In this document: piece by piece, positions 50,367 through 64,000 of the stretch | Numbering within the stretch: the stretch's first letter is position 1 | Layout of the letters: each line of letters opens with the position of its first letter | Assembly: GCF_009914755.1 (NCBI RefSeq) | Contig: NC_060937.1 | Length of the DNA: 64,000 nucleotides | Source: the human T2T-CHM13v2.0 reference genome, Homo sapiens | Strand: one strand, 5' to 3' | Notes under the pieces: generated by a model | Database searches by the model: none | What the model was told of the DNA's origin: nothing | The model's input: the letters and a program-made list of their open reading frames with translations, nothing else | Translations under genes and position numbers: made by a program

Positions 50367-51696
50367 TCATCAAAAAATTGAGTTCCCCACATATATCTAC
50401 TTATTTGTAAGGCATATATGTGTTCTACTCCATAGTGTATAATAAACATATGAAAATAGAAACTTTAAAAGGATGAGATAAATTAATACCAACAGAAGCT
50501 TGATTTTTTTCTCCCAAAGCAATGGATTATTTTATGTACTTCAAAAGCAGTTTAGAGGCTAGCTATTTAGAATAGCTAGAGTAAAATGGGTTGCTTCTTA
50601 GGGCAGACATATTCTTGGGAAAATCTTTTTAGATGTATGCTCTTATACCTAAAGCTGTCTCCACATAGAGGTGCTTTGTGCTAGAACACTGCTGAGTAAT
50701 ACAGATGAAATGCACAGATCTTCCCCATGGTTTCCCCAGTGTTAATTTAATACGACATTCACAGACGTCTCTTACTTCCAACAGTAGCCCCAAGTTGATC
50801 TCCCAACTTGGGAGGGGAGGGAGGTCAGAAAGAATGGGGGAAGAACCTCCCCTAAATGGAGATGTTGTTTTATGAATGCAGTGATTATCTAAATTCTTCC
50901 AGCTACTCTGAAGTAAATTGTTCATGAAATTACATTGAGGTGGGAGATGAGATGCCTGCTAACTGCTTAAATTTCCACAATTCTGAAACATCTACATCCT
51001 GTGATAGACGTTACCTCCCTATGGCCATTGCTACTGCCTTCCACAACTCAGCAGTCACTTGAAGGGGGGCTATTATATGTCAGCCCTCAGGACACAAATA
51101 GCAAATAAGTGCAATACAATGTGAGAAGAATTGTTATAAAGGCAGGTGGTACCTGATGATCCCTGAGTCGACTGTGAGACTTCCCATTTGATTAGCACCT
51201 GGATTGAGTCTTAAAGGAAGGTGAGGAACTAACAGCTATGGGCATATACTATGTTTGGGACACTTAGCAATGATATTTTATTTGATCTTTACAACAGCCC
51301 TAACCAAAAAAAAACAAAAAACAAAAAACTCATCTTCTTACACATGCATGAGAAAAATGAGAAAAGCTAGCCTCAAGGCAGGTAATAACTTGACCAAGGC
51401 CATCCAAGCAAACTTGAAATTTAAAATAAGCTCTGTTTGACTACAATGTGTAAGGGGTTTAGAGTTGACCATGCTGAAGCTGCAGACTATTAGGAGAATT
51501 TCTCAAGGCGGGTAACAGAAAAAAAAGAGCGCTTCAGGCAAAAAAAAGAGGCTGAGTCAGGAAAACGTAGCACTGCAGTTTTAACATCAGGCGGGTTCAC
51601 TGGCTCTCCTATCTGGTGCTCCATGGGTCTAGAGAAAGAAACCTAACCAAGCACAATGGGTGCCACTTAGTCCTCACTGGAGTACAAGAACATGTT

Positions 51697-51700
<4 letters not shown>

Positions 51701-51734
<34 letters not shown>

Positions 51735-51750
51735 ACGTGTGTGCGCGCGC
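51701..51750. repeat. (GT)n/(GC)n alternating purine-pyrimidine tract
   Basis: gtgtgt...gcacgtgtgtgcgcgcgcacac. Confidence 0.9.
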
Positions 51751-51898
51751 ACACAGATGCAGTTTTTACTGGAAAAGAGAATAAAACACAGAAACTCAGA
51801 ACAAAGCAGCTCCGAATCTGATTGCCTGTATTGAGCACCTATCCCCATCGCTATGTGCTCCTTTATCTACCTGGGCAGGTATCTCTGCCTAACTCTCC

Positions 51899-52252
51899 TG
51901 ATATGGGTTGGCTGTGTCCTCCCACCCCCCAAAATTTCATCTTGAATTATAATCCCCACAATCCCCACGTGTGGAGAGAGGGGTTGAATTATGGTGGCGG
52001 TTTCCCCCATGCTGTTCTCATGATAGGGAGTGAGTTCTCACAAGATCTGATGGTTTTATAAGTGTTTGACAGTTCCTACTTCACACACTCTTTCTCCTGC
52101 CGCCTTGTGAAGAAGGTGTCTTCGACCATGATTGTAAGTTTCCTGAGGCCTCCCCAGCCATGCAGAATGGAGTCAATTAAACCTCTTTCCTTTATAAATT
52201 AGCCAGCGTCGTCAGGTATTTCTTTATAGAAGTGTGAAAACGGACGGATTCA
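51899..52252 (+). mobile_element. THE1D-like solo LTR
   Basis: TG...CA termini; tgatatgggttggctgtgtcc...gagtcaattaaacctctttcc...gtgaaaacggac; TSD tctcc/cctcc. Confidence 0.9.
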
Positions 52253-55200
52253 CCTCCTATTCCCAGAAGAAAACAAGCTAACTGGCTTGAAGACATGCTG
52301 GGTATTTCCAGGCTGTTATTGCTCTGAATATTGAGTTTGAATATGGGCTTTGCAGTAGGCTGCACTAATTAATTTATGTTATATAATTGGAGTTTGGGAC
52401 TCTTTGATATCCCATGTTAATGTATACAGAGTATTTAAAGTGTTTTTTTTTTCTCTGATGTACTGGTAGTGGGGAAGGAAATCTGGTGGCCTCAATTTGA
52501 GATGCCTCTTCAATGACAGTCTCCTATCCACCCAAATACTGAGTGTAGATACAATCTTTTAGAAATCCTTCAAGATGACACATACAAAGGAGCAAGTAAA
52601 AGAGTGGTTTCACTTCAAAGATTATATAAGGAATTTTAGAGATCTGTCCACAATTCCTCTTTCACTGAGCAGTGGAGACAATGGGCATATGAATTCCATG
52701 CACCTTTATTATCAATACGCCACCTAAAGCAAAAATCATTTTTGATTATGGATTTGTTTATCTAGAAAAATACATGTCCAGAATTTATTGTTTTTTAAAA
52801 AATTCCCACTTTGGTTATATCTGACCAACCAAAATAGTGCAATTATAACTGAATGACATTAGCTGTCACTCACATTTACCTTCACTTTACCTGCTCCCAG
52901 GTGCCACTAAATCTCACAGTGCCCAAGAAATGATCTAAGCTCCAAAGATACCTGGCTAATCCACACATACATAAAAACTCAACAACTAGCTCCTGGATCT
53001 CTAGATTTAATTTAATACTATTAAATATTATATAAAGCATTCAAGTAGTAAAATAAATTTAAGTTACAAACACATGAGGAATTCAAAATTAATTTGAGGT
53101 GGTTGATTGTAATAATTTTCCTTTGCAAACAGAAATATTGTTTTATGCCTTCATTCATGTTGAATCAATAAAACTGCATACAGCAGACCTATTATTTCTC
53201 TGATAAAAACCAGTAGGGATATTTAAGTATCCTAGGTAAGTTTATTATTTTGATAGGAAATTGCTCCTGTGTATCTGAGCCTTATCATTATTATGTTTTT
53301 ATAAGCCAATATCTCTTTTTTCTGTTTACCAAAGTGTCCTTCATAAGACAGTACACAAAGTTTGAAAAACATGGCTTTCAAAAGGTTTCCGACATTTATT
53401 AAAAGTAGTTGGTATTTAAATAGTTCAATATCGGGAGAGAGGCTACACAGTCACAATGTATCCATTAATAAATCTTTTACTCAGAAACAGCTTATAGCAA
53501 CTCAGGAAACTCATTCATCCCATGTTCATTGCTGTTTTAAATGGTTAAGACCCAGTTTTTGTATTCTGTGATAGCAATTTCATTTCTATTGGTATATACT
53601 TTCCCTACTTCATTCCAGCCCCGTCTTCACAGTATTAAAATTAAAATATTCCATTTTCTTTAACTGCAGCGCCCTTGCAACACTATGGGTCATTTCTTTC
53701 CCTTGCAGCTCTCTTGGGTTCAGTATTAAAGTCTTTTGAATCTTCTCCTGTCTTCCAAATTATGGTTCACAGCATGCCCTTCTTGCCTGTCTTCTCTACT
53801 TAACCCCTTAAGTGATCACCTGTTGTTACAGTTTCCATTACCATCTGTGTCCAGCTACTAATTTAGAGAGGTATCGGTGCTGCTTCCCCCGCAGATGTAG
53901 GAAGACGGTGCCAACACCATCATGAATGAAGATTCAGCCTGAGAGAGCGACATGAGCCAGGCATCCTGCTTTTCTCCTTCCTCTCATGTCCCAGACCCTA
54001 CTGCTCTGAACTCTTCAGGTTCCCCATGTGCAGCGGGAAGGCCCAGCAGGTTCTCTTTGCACCCACTCTCAGCAGTGGATTGTTTTCTTGCTCATTCATT
54101 CCATATATGTACAACGGCCTTTTTCACCTATCCCCATTTCTAGACTCCTTTCTAGGTAGGCCATGGGCCCTCAGGTCTGGGATGCCTTTCAAAATGTTCC
54201 CTCTTTTATATAAAAAAAAATCAGCTTCCAAACACACTGTAGGTCTCCTTTGTAGCCCAGAAAACCTCAGTGTATCTTCTTATTTCTCATTCACTCACTC
54301 ATTTGTTCATTCATTCATTCACACAGCAAATATTATGCATCCACTGTGGTATCAGGCACTGCGGTATGTGCTGGGTATACAGCACTGAATATGAAGGCAT
54401 TCTTGAAGCTTACGAACTGCCTACTTTATTTAACCTTATGTTTCCAGGACCCTGAGTCCCACTGATTTGTACCTGCACTTCCTTTCACACTCATACCACA
54501 TGCTGCACTCAGGTTGGCTAAACATACCATTATTCACCATCCTGCAACCTTTACTCAACTAATTCAAACCCTTTATCCAAGCCATGTCCTCTTTGTTATC
54601 CAATGCCAATCCCACATCAGTCTTTCCTAATTCCCTCACTTAACTCATGAAGACTTTGTCTATGTGTGTGATTTGTTATAACTGAAAAACTTAATATTTG
54701 GGAATAAAGATGTGAGAAGATAAACATACAACTTGTATAAAATGAAAGCATCTATTTCATTCTAAAAAGCCCCAAAGAAGACAGAAGTCATTGACTCATT
54801 TTTAATCATTAGGTGTTATTAAGGTTGTCAATACATCAATACCAACAACCACTCTTCTGATAACTTTTGTGCATAAACTGTGGGGTCTTTAGGAGTGCAA
54901 GTGAAATTGTTTATCAACCGCCCTATTGCAGACACAGACACACACATACACACTTAATGGTGGGTTTTTATCTCTTTGCTTAGTATCCCTGGCACAGTTT
55001 GAGAAGGAAATTAAGAAAAGAAAATGTTCAATAACATCTCCGGGACTCTTCACCTCAAACTCTGACTTTCATGTCTTTGGGAAACCAACCAGCATTGCTA
55101 GCAGAAGTTTCTCATTCATTCATGTTTGCATAATTGTTTTGTTTTTTGACTATCCTGACCATTTTGTTAAGTGACGTGGATTTAACATTGAACAAAACAT

Positions 55201-57185
55201 ACTAGGTCTTTTCCCTCCATGTTCCTGACATGGAAGACAACATACTGTATTTAAAGGCAGAGTAGCTGATTAATTAAAAGAGAGCCTCTAGTGTGGCGCA
55301 CTTTCTCTTCAACGTCCATCTAGTGGTTTTCTTATTCCTTCAGTACCTTACTGCTGGCTCCATACTACCTCCCTAGGCAAGGAATATTGAGCAGTGGATT
55401 CCCAACACGTTTCTGTGCTATCGGGCATAATGAGATTCATGCAAAAATCCAGGAGAGCTGACTGGTCTTTCTTTGCCTAGATCTCAAATACTTAAACCTT
55501 AAATTAAGTTAGAAGAAAATAATTCTATTCTTATTTTATTTTCATTAACACAAGTAATACAGGTTTGTTGTAGAAAAATTAGAAAAACTATATAAACAAA
55601 ATAAGAAACAAAAATGAAAGCCATCAGGGATTCCACTTCTAGAGACTCAATCATTTTTGCAAAGAATTTGTTGAGCACATACATTGTGTCTGCCACCGAA
55701 CAAGGGGCTGCAGATGAAGTAGTAATTAGTTATGGTCTCTTGTGGAATTTTCTTTAGGGTGCTTACTCTCCAAGAGGATATGAATTGTATCTCTTTTAGG
55801 ACTTTCTTTGCCACATATATTTTTCCATGCATACATTTATTTTTAAATGGCTGCTTACACATGGTTTTGTAACCAGATTTTTTAAATCTAGCCATATTCT
55901 GTGAACATCATCCTCTGTCAATAAATACACATGTGCAGAAAATCCTAACTGTAAGTAAACACTACCTTCAAACATCTGTGCCCCTTCCTTGTCTTTCTTG
56001 TCCCATAGCTCATTCACATGCTTATACGTGCAAGGCCTTACAAGGTGAGCTGATATAAGCACAGCTTTCCAGATTAGGTTCCCAGTGTTAAATTTGTATC
56101 TGAGAAAGGCATTACCCCATATTTTGAAGACACATGTATTTGATGTTACCAATTTGTTAATGTAGGCATTACAATATTAATTCTTATTTCAAATGTTTTT
56201 ATTTCTTCCTCTTTTTAGTTCCAATAGCCACAGAACTCAAAACAACAAACCACTAAAATCTACATTTGAACAAGAGCTTCCTGTCCTTTCCCTATATGCA
56301 CATTTACATCTTCAGTTTTACCTCAATACACCACAGTGAAAACTTGACGACAAAAGGCGATGCTTAACAGCAAGATGGCCTTGTTTCTGTAAAGTTTGAC
56401 TGTCAATTTTGCTTGCTAAGTTCCTTCTCAGACAGAAGACATGTCCATTCAGAGCAAATGAATGTAGCATCATACATTTTATGCTATGGTTTCAACTAGG
56501 AAAAAATACCCCATATTTTTGTCTTATTATCTGTTATCCAACATCCATCCACCTGCCTCATGTGTCACCATCCCTGCCCACTCTGCCGTCCTCCAATTCC
56601 CAGGGCCCATTTGAGCCTCAGAGCTACTGATACCTGCACCTCCCTCTGCCCAGCTGAGTGTCCTCTCTGTGCATCTTGAGTGTATGAACTTCCCCTCTTT
56701 CTCTGAGCCCAGATCATCTGTGTCCTGCATGCTCACGCTCTTCCTCTCCCTCCATGAGGTCACCTCTCACGGCCTCCACAGCCTCTCACACGCACTGGGC
56801 ACTTTCCAGACCAGAATCCAGCAACTCTGCTGTCTCCCATTTAGGGGCTGCTCAATGACTGCCTTGAGATTTCAATCATCACGACAATTTAAGGGAAAGT
56901 GTTAAAAACAGAAGTTGCTGTAAAAATGAATGTTATCTCCTACTCAGAATGCTTTCTCCAAAGGAAAATAGCCTTCAGTAGCTCACACACACTTGCACAC
57001 ACACATATACCCCATGAAAAAGTGCTTTGGGATACATGAGAGTTTCCATGTTAAAATAGTGAGCTCACTGGTTGATTTCAACCCAAATTACGTTTACTGT
57101 CATGCAAAAACAGAGTCCTTCTAACAAAAATGTTGGTTGAGGGGTTATTATGTGCCAGTCTGTTTAATAATATCATACATTTTCA

Positions 57186-57498
57186 GGCCATGTGTGGTGG
57201 CTCCCACTTGTAATCCTAGCATTTAGGGAAGCTGAGGCAGTGGATCGCTTGAGTCCAGGAGTTCGAGACCAGCCTGGGCAACATGGAGAAAACCCATCTC
57301 TACAAAAAAAAAAAAAAAATACAAAAAATTAGCTGGGAGTACTGGCATGCACCTGTAGTCCCAGCTACTCAGGAGTCTGAGGTGGGAGGCTCACTTGAGC
57401 CTGGGAAGTAGAGGCTGCAATGAGCCAAGATCATACTACTGCCCCTCAGCCTGGGTGACAGAGTGAGACTCTGTCTCAAAAAGAAAAAAAGAAAAAAG
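57186..57498 (+). mobile_element. AluJ inserted in a MIR
   Basis: ggatcgcttgagtccaggagttcgag (J-type); MIR core ccattttacagatgaggaaact follows. Confidence 0.9.
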
Positions 57499-58714
57499 AA
57501 TATGCACTATGTCATTCCATTTTCACAAGAACCATTTTACAGATGAGGAAACTTAGGCACAGAGACAAGACGGGACAATGTGCCTGACAGAACTATTGAA
57601 TCAAAAATTAAGTATATTACAGAATGGACAGGAAATGAGAAAATGACTTTTTCAATATATTTAAATCATATAGCCTGGTGTTTACAAACTCTTGGCATCA
57701 ATTATTTTTTGTGCAAATAGTACAGACATTTCTCATCTCCTGAAATTGAATCCATTTTTATTATCTGACTCACTTTATGATTTTTCTCACCACACACTTA
57801 TAAAAATGTCAATTTTTTTCTGGTAGAAATCATCAAACCTCTCATTAAATCTATCTAAATAACCCTTTCAAGTTTCTGAAGGTATTATCCATTTATTATT
57901 CCTTTTTCCTTGAGGATGAATCCTAGAAATATTCTATTATACCTTCATTATTTTTTTCTCTAAATTTGGTAAAGAATGAGAAAAACATATTTACTAACTC
58001 CCATTTGATAATCTCACCCCATGTAGTGAAGAGACAGATCTCTCCATTTCCTAAAATGACAGATTTCTTCACTTCCTAGAGTTAGTTTTAGTCTCGTAAT
58101 TTCTTGACTGACTAGGCTAAGAATATGAAAACTAAAAAATAGATTCCACCTATGATACATGGCTAAAAGAATGTATGTAATTTTTTACAGAGATTGTGCA
58201 AGAGCAATTAAAAGGTATGTATTGAGAAAGTTTTTCTGTCATACCCAAAATCCAAAGCCCAGAACACAGTTGTTATGATTTGTTTTGTAGTGCTCTCTGT
58301 TCTTCTAGCAAGGAAAATGCAGACAAAATAGAAATTCTCTAACAAAAGTTTATCAAGAGGTGACTGTTTATTTGATAAAAAGAACATCTACTCTATAAGT
58401 TTCCAATCATAATATGTTGGAATATCCCAAAAGGTGGTAAACTCCTTTATGGATACTCTCAGAGGGAATGACTACACATTTTAGAGTTTGCAGAAAAGAT
58501 TTCTCCTCTGTCTGGGACTTTGCAATAGATGATATCCAAAGTGACTTCCAATGATAAAAGTGATTAATACTCTTGACACTGCTCAGATTTTTATGCATTT
58601 GATCATTTCTCAGGGTAGAATGAAAGTCCATAAACTACTGTGCATAATTATAGAATAGAAGCAAGCTTAGACATTATGTACTCATTTTTTTAACTTGAAA
58701 GATGAGAACAAATA

Positions 58715-59300
58715 TTATTGAAAGCTTACTCCATGCCAGGCACTATTCTAAGCATTTGACACCTCTCTGAAGTAGTTTTTAGTATTATTCCCACTACAGA
58801 GATTAAAAATTGGAGGCAAACATGCCCAGACCCACATGAATTGGAAGCAAGTTTAGAATCCAAGTAGTCTATTTGTCGGGAGAACAGAGGGAGGGAGAGA
58901 AATGGTGAAGCATTTGACTTTCACTTTTTAACCTTAAGAACTTTTGTACATTTCACAAACACGAACTTCTGTACATGTTCACAAAGATGATGTGTTTTAT
59001 TTATAATTTCTTTGAAACAAGTAAAACATTAAAAAAATTTTCAGTTTAAACAAGTTACACCTAACATTTGCTGAGGGTTTATTAAGTGTGAGGCTAATTG
59101 TTACCTATTTCTCACCATGCCTCAATGAGGTAAGTGTCTCTCTCTCTGTTATTCTGATTTTACAGGTGAAACTGAGTTTTGGAGAAGATAAGTGCCTTGT
59201 CTGAGGTCACATGGTTAGCTGTGATAAACCACGAGGGAGCCAGGTCTTTCTGATTGCCACCCCAGGAATACTTTGCTGTCCATGTCTTCTTTCAGTCTGA
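58715..59300 (-). mobile_element. Two MIR copies
   Basis: tgccaggcactattctaagc...; attttacaggtgaaactgag...gaggtcacatggttag. Confidence 0.6.
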
Positions 59301-61017
59301 CCCTTTCAAGTCTTTGTAAATAGAACAGTCTTCTTTCCCAGAGAACAGAGACGGGAATCTCCAAGTTCCTGCCTATTCCACGTCTAAGTAATAAAACCAA
59401 ATTAGAGCATGCCTGCCACTAGACTTACAATGCCAGTCCTTCCGGGCCCTCTCAAGCAAGCCTCTCCTCCGCGTATCCTTAGCTTGTGAACTTCAATGAG
59501 CTGGATGCATCATTCCCTGTAATCTGGCCTCTGCTCAGAGGAAAGGCAGCAGCTCTATGTTTTCTCTCTTAAACTTAGCCTGGAGTCCTGCGTCTCCCCC
59601 AGCAACACAGCAGAGAACATGTTAGCAGGAGAACTAAGACAGCATCAAAAAACTGACACCCTGGGCATCACAGCGGCAATGCGTGTCTCCACAACAGAAC
59701 AGCGGCCCACTCCCCTGCCCCTGCAGGTAGTGGATTGTTGTGGTTGATTTTCAATCTAATTTTGTACAAAAGTCAAGACCCTGATTTGGCTGCCTGGTTT
59801 TCTTTGTTCTTCCTTCTCTTTTTCTTTCTGCCTCTCTCCTTCTCTCTCTCTCCTCCAAATGCCACCTGCCACTTTTCTTTTGGGGTACTCATTCATCTGT
59901 GTCTTGGCCCTCACTAAATAATGTAGCTCTGCAAAAAACAGAATTTTGCATGCATGGTCCAGTCCCAGCAGACTTCAAGGGCTACCCAAGGTGGTGACCA
60001 CATAGGGGAAGGCAAATGTTTCAAAGAACCATCTCCAAAAACAGACTCTTCTGTTTTCCTTTTGTCAAGGTACTGATTAGAAATAAAAAATGGTTCCCCA
60101 CTTTTTATGAGTCTATTTCTTAAATCCCAAAGTAAAACAGCAGGTTATTTTTCTCTGGTTATTTCTAGAAAAACTCCAAAACTGTCATTACTTCTCCAAG
60201 GATTCTGTTTTGTTTTATTTTTTAATTGTGAAAATTGAATTTTCTCTGGCCTTTAAAGTGATTGGGTTTGCTAAAGGGATTCAGTACACACCACAATGCC
60301 CCAATGCCCTTTTGTCATTGCACCCTGCACGCCCAAACTAAAACTGTCATTGCACCTACATGCCCAAACTAAAACTGTCAAGCAGTATGAGAGGGAACTG
60401 GGTCGTATTTTTGTCACCTACATCACAGTAATTTTTATTTTTGTTTCATTGTAGTAGGAGCATTTAACACGAGAACTGTCTTAACAGATTTTTACATTCA
60501 CTATAAAATGTTAACTACAGGCACAATGTCATAACACAGATCTCTCGAGCTCACTCATCTTGCATAACTGAAACGTTCTACCCAGTAATTAACAACTCCC
60601 CATTTTCCCCTCCTCCCAGCCCCTGGCCACCACCGTCCTACCCTGTGCTGAGTATATATCCTACTCTATATTAATTATCCAGTGTTGGATATTTTATTTT
60701 GATGAGCTGCTACTATCATTTATATATTATGAAAAACCAGAAAGGGGATACTTATTTTGATTGTGGTTGTTTAATCTTATAATATGAATCTGTAAAGGTT
60801 AGATAAAGAAGGTGGATGGTTTAAAACAGTGGTTTTCAAAATTTGCTACTATATTTAAACATAACAGAAGATCAAAGGGAGATTATGTTTTTGTGTTTGT
60901 TAAATTTTGCAATATGAATCCACAAATTTGCTCAAAAGGGGATGGTTTAAAATAGTAATTCCTAAAGACTGCTTAACATATGAATTATCAAGGGAGGTTC
61001 AGAAACATTCTCAACAC

Positions 61018-61324
61018 TATAAACCGAATGGTTCTGCCTTCCTCAAGTCATATGTTGAAGCTCTTATCTCTAATGTATTTGGAGGTGGGGCCTTTGGGAG
61101 GTCATGAGGCCATGAAGGTGGAGACCCCATGAATGGGACTAGCGAATCTATAAGAAGAACGGAGGCAGCTGAATGGTCTGTGGACCAGGAAGACAGCCCT
61201 CACAGGAATCAGCCAGCACCTTGATCTTGGACTTCTTAGTCTCCAGACTGTATAAAACCAAAGTCTGGAGTTTAAGCCACCTAGTCTGTGCTATTTGTTA
61301 CAGCAGCCCAAGCTAACTAAGACA
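61018..61324 (+). mobile_element. MLT1A-like LTR followed by a MER5 fragment (~61325-61445)
   Basis: gtatttggaggtggggcctttgggagg...caccttgatcttggacttc...gcagcccaagctaactaagaca. Confidence 0.8.
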
Positions 61325-62496
61325 CTCAAGCTGAGGCCTCCTTCACCTCAGACATACTAAATCAGAATCTTTAAGGGTGGAAAACAGGACATTGTATTTT
61401 TTTAAAAACATCTTCAGGTGATCCCTGCACACCTCTCCCATCACTGTTTCCAAATTAATGAGGCATCACTAGCCTAGATGCTCAGAAGAGAACACTTAGA
61501 GAGTTCACATTGCATAGTCATGGCTCTGTGTGGAAAAGAATAAGAGAGTCTAATTATAAGCAACACAGGCAAAATATGTCTGAGACAAAAATTTTGATTT
61601 ATAATTGTATGTATATACAGTATATTCTATTCTTTCCTCAGAAATCTTCAGAATTTACTTTTAAAATAACTAACTTGCATTGTATACAGGAATTAAATTT
61701 TTGTTTTATAAAAGGATAACTAAGATATTTGAGTTTTTGTTGGGGTTTCTGTTATGATTTTCTAGTCTAGACTACACCTTTAAATTGCCATTCAATGCCT
61801 TCAAAGAAAGGAAGCAAAACGATATTGCCTCTGGAAGTAATCTCATGTGAATTTCAAAATAACAATAAAACAACTAGAAAAGGGAATGAAGCAAAGGATT
61901 TACCCTGTAGATACTATTAACTGAAAGATAAAGCCGTAACAATTTCTTTTAACTAGACTTAATAGAATACAATAGCACAATCACCCAAGCTCGATGATCG
62001 GAAATTATTTTTAACCTAGGACTCCCTTTCATTCTCTTCCTTCCATCACTAAGACGTGGTAGCATTAGTTTTTGTGGATATATCTTTACCATCCACCTCT
62101 TCATTTCCATTACTGCAATCTGATTCCAGTTCTTCAATCTTGGAATTGTATATCCAATTTCTCCAGTGCATTTCTTCACTAACCTCCTTGTCATCATTCC
62201 AATTTGTTGGCATTCTAATTTACCTTAAATATACCTGTAGATCAATATTCCTCCCAGATTGGAATGCTGTAGCTCTCAGTTTTTGCTATCAGATTTAGAG
62301 TTTATCTATGTCATAGTGAATTCATTCATGTTTTCATTCTTAAAACTTTATCCTCTTTCTTTTTTTTCCTTTTTTTTTGTACTTCTTAAGATGAAATGCT
62401 GACTCCCAATACCATTTTAGGTCACAAAACTCTTTAAAAAGATATTGAGTCTGTGGGCATGCTTCCGCTTCCATTTCCCCTAAAATAAGCATCAGA

Positions 62497-62799
62497 CTTT
62501 TTTTTTTTTTTTTGAGACGGAGTCTTGCCCTGTCGCCCAGGCTGGAGTGTAATGCGTGATCTCGGCTCGCTGCAACCTCTGCCTCCTGGGTTCAAATGAT
62601 TCGCCTGCCTCAGCCTCCCCTCCCGAGTAGCTGAGATTACAGGTGCCCACCATCACACCTAGCTAATTTTTTTGTATTTTTAGCAGGGACGGGGTTTCAC
62701 CATGTTGGCCACGCTGGTCTCAAACTCCTGACCTCGTGATCCACCCATCTCGGCCTCCCAAAGTGCTGGGATTACAGGCGTGAGCCACCGCGCCCGGCC
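62497..62799 (-). mobile_element. AluSc/Sg-like
   Basis: Poly-T then full Alu reverse complement ending cgcgcccggcc. Confidence 0.95.
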
Positions 62800-64000
62800 A
62801 GCATTATGCTTTTGACTGTGCATACTATAATGCTCTGATCGTTGGTATATATGGGAAGCCTGTAGTTATAAATGTATTAAAGATAGCAACTTTTATGACT
62901 TTACGGTCTTTTTTCTCATTTAATCAAACAATTTTTTGAACTGTTTTCTGATATTTACACACTTCTACCTCATTTTTTTTTACTGATATCACTTGCCTAG
63001 TATGTATTTCTTCACCTATTTATTTTTCACTTTTGACTCATTTACAACGTAAGAGAATTGTCTACTGATATTTTTCAGGACTACAGATTTTCAGGACGTT
63101 ATTTTATGTTTGCTGATAATTTTAGAGAGGAAGTATAACATTAATCTAAATTTTCTCTTTGTGGATAAGTAATTTCTGAAGCATTTGATCACAATGATGG
63201 TGAAATATTTTTCTTTTTATTGGTTTTCAAATCCAAAGTTTTTATCAGGCTATATGTAGATGTTGGCTAAGTTTTATTAATTGTTTTGGTACATGATAAC
63301 TTATTTTCATCTGAAGATTTGGATTGTTTTTAATCTAAAAGAAAAAAAGAATCTTATCTCACTTTAAAACATGGCTGTGTTCCATGCACTGTGATCCCCT
63401 CTGTCAGGAAAAACATTTATTGGTGTGTCTCTGTTGGCTGTCTTCCATCTATATCATTCTCTCTCCAAACAACATCCTCTTTTCATCTCTTTTCTTTGCA
63501 TAATTGGAAATAATTCTCACTCTTGATCTCTTCATAAATGATTCTCTTGGCTTCAGTGTTCTGGTCTATCCTACTTCTAATTCTTCCACTCCTGCTGCGG
63601 AGGCCTACCCCTGCCCCCACCCTGGACCTGTGGGGTCAGTCCCTGTCTTCAGAACATATTCTGGTATGGCTGCCTTGCCCTGGGATCTCATGGAGAAACA
63701 AGCAATTCTGTTTTACAAAAGCCTGCTTCCAACTTTCAACTTCGCTCCTTCATACTAAGGGGCTCTTCCAGGGTCTCTCTTCCGTATTTTTTGTACACTG
63801 ATCTTAGAAAGGAAATTGTGAACTGAACTTTAGCTTTTCCTATCAGTCCTGTTCCATCTATACTGAATCTACCAGAAAAGCCTTGGATTCTGCAGCCTAG
63901 GAAAGAAAGATCCTCTTCTTCCTTTACCTGTGGGGGTACAGATTTCTCACTATGTAAGCCCTTTTGATCATTTACTTGAAGTCTGAGTAGGAAAGCAAAA

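Noticed and set aside
59400-64000. NALCN promoter or first exon
   Set aside because: No CpG island or supportable first exon in the window; it should lie beyond the right edge.

Overview
Eukaryotic, AT-rich, repeat-dense genomic DNA, almost certainly human because it carries a human-specific AluYb8. The window lies inside NALCN (sodium leak channel, non-selective) on the minus strand. Five consecutive coding exons (conventional exons 2-6, residues 1-215: N-terminus plus domain I S1-S5) have GT-AG junctions that splice into one open frame. The first exon/promoter lies beyond the right edge and exon 7 beyond the left edge. The rest is intron filled with L1, Alu, MaLR/ERVL LTR, L2, MIR and MER fossils, and nearly all other ORFs in the track are TE remnants or chance ORFs. 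I see no new multi-gene system. The best unexplained structure is: (1) two independent L1 3'-transductions delimited by target-site duplications, one carrying ~0.8 kb of foreign DNA into the middle of an MST LTR (from memory it resembles KRAB-ZNF-cluster intron sequence); (2) a strong acceptor in front of a sense-oriented L1PA 3' end in intron 6, which could form a cryptic terminal exon and is in frame with the L1 ORF2 C-terminus in phase 0; (3) a candidate 15-nt in-frame microexon; (4) a ~105-bp templated copy captured inside a TA-rich repeat. Repeat subfamily names are by eye, not RepeatMasker, and boundaries of old elements are approximate.
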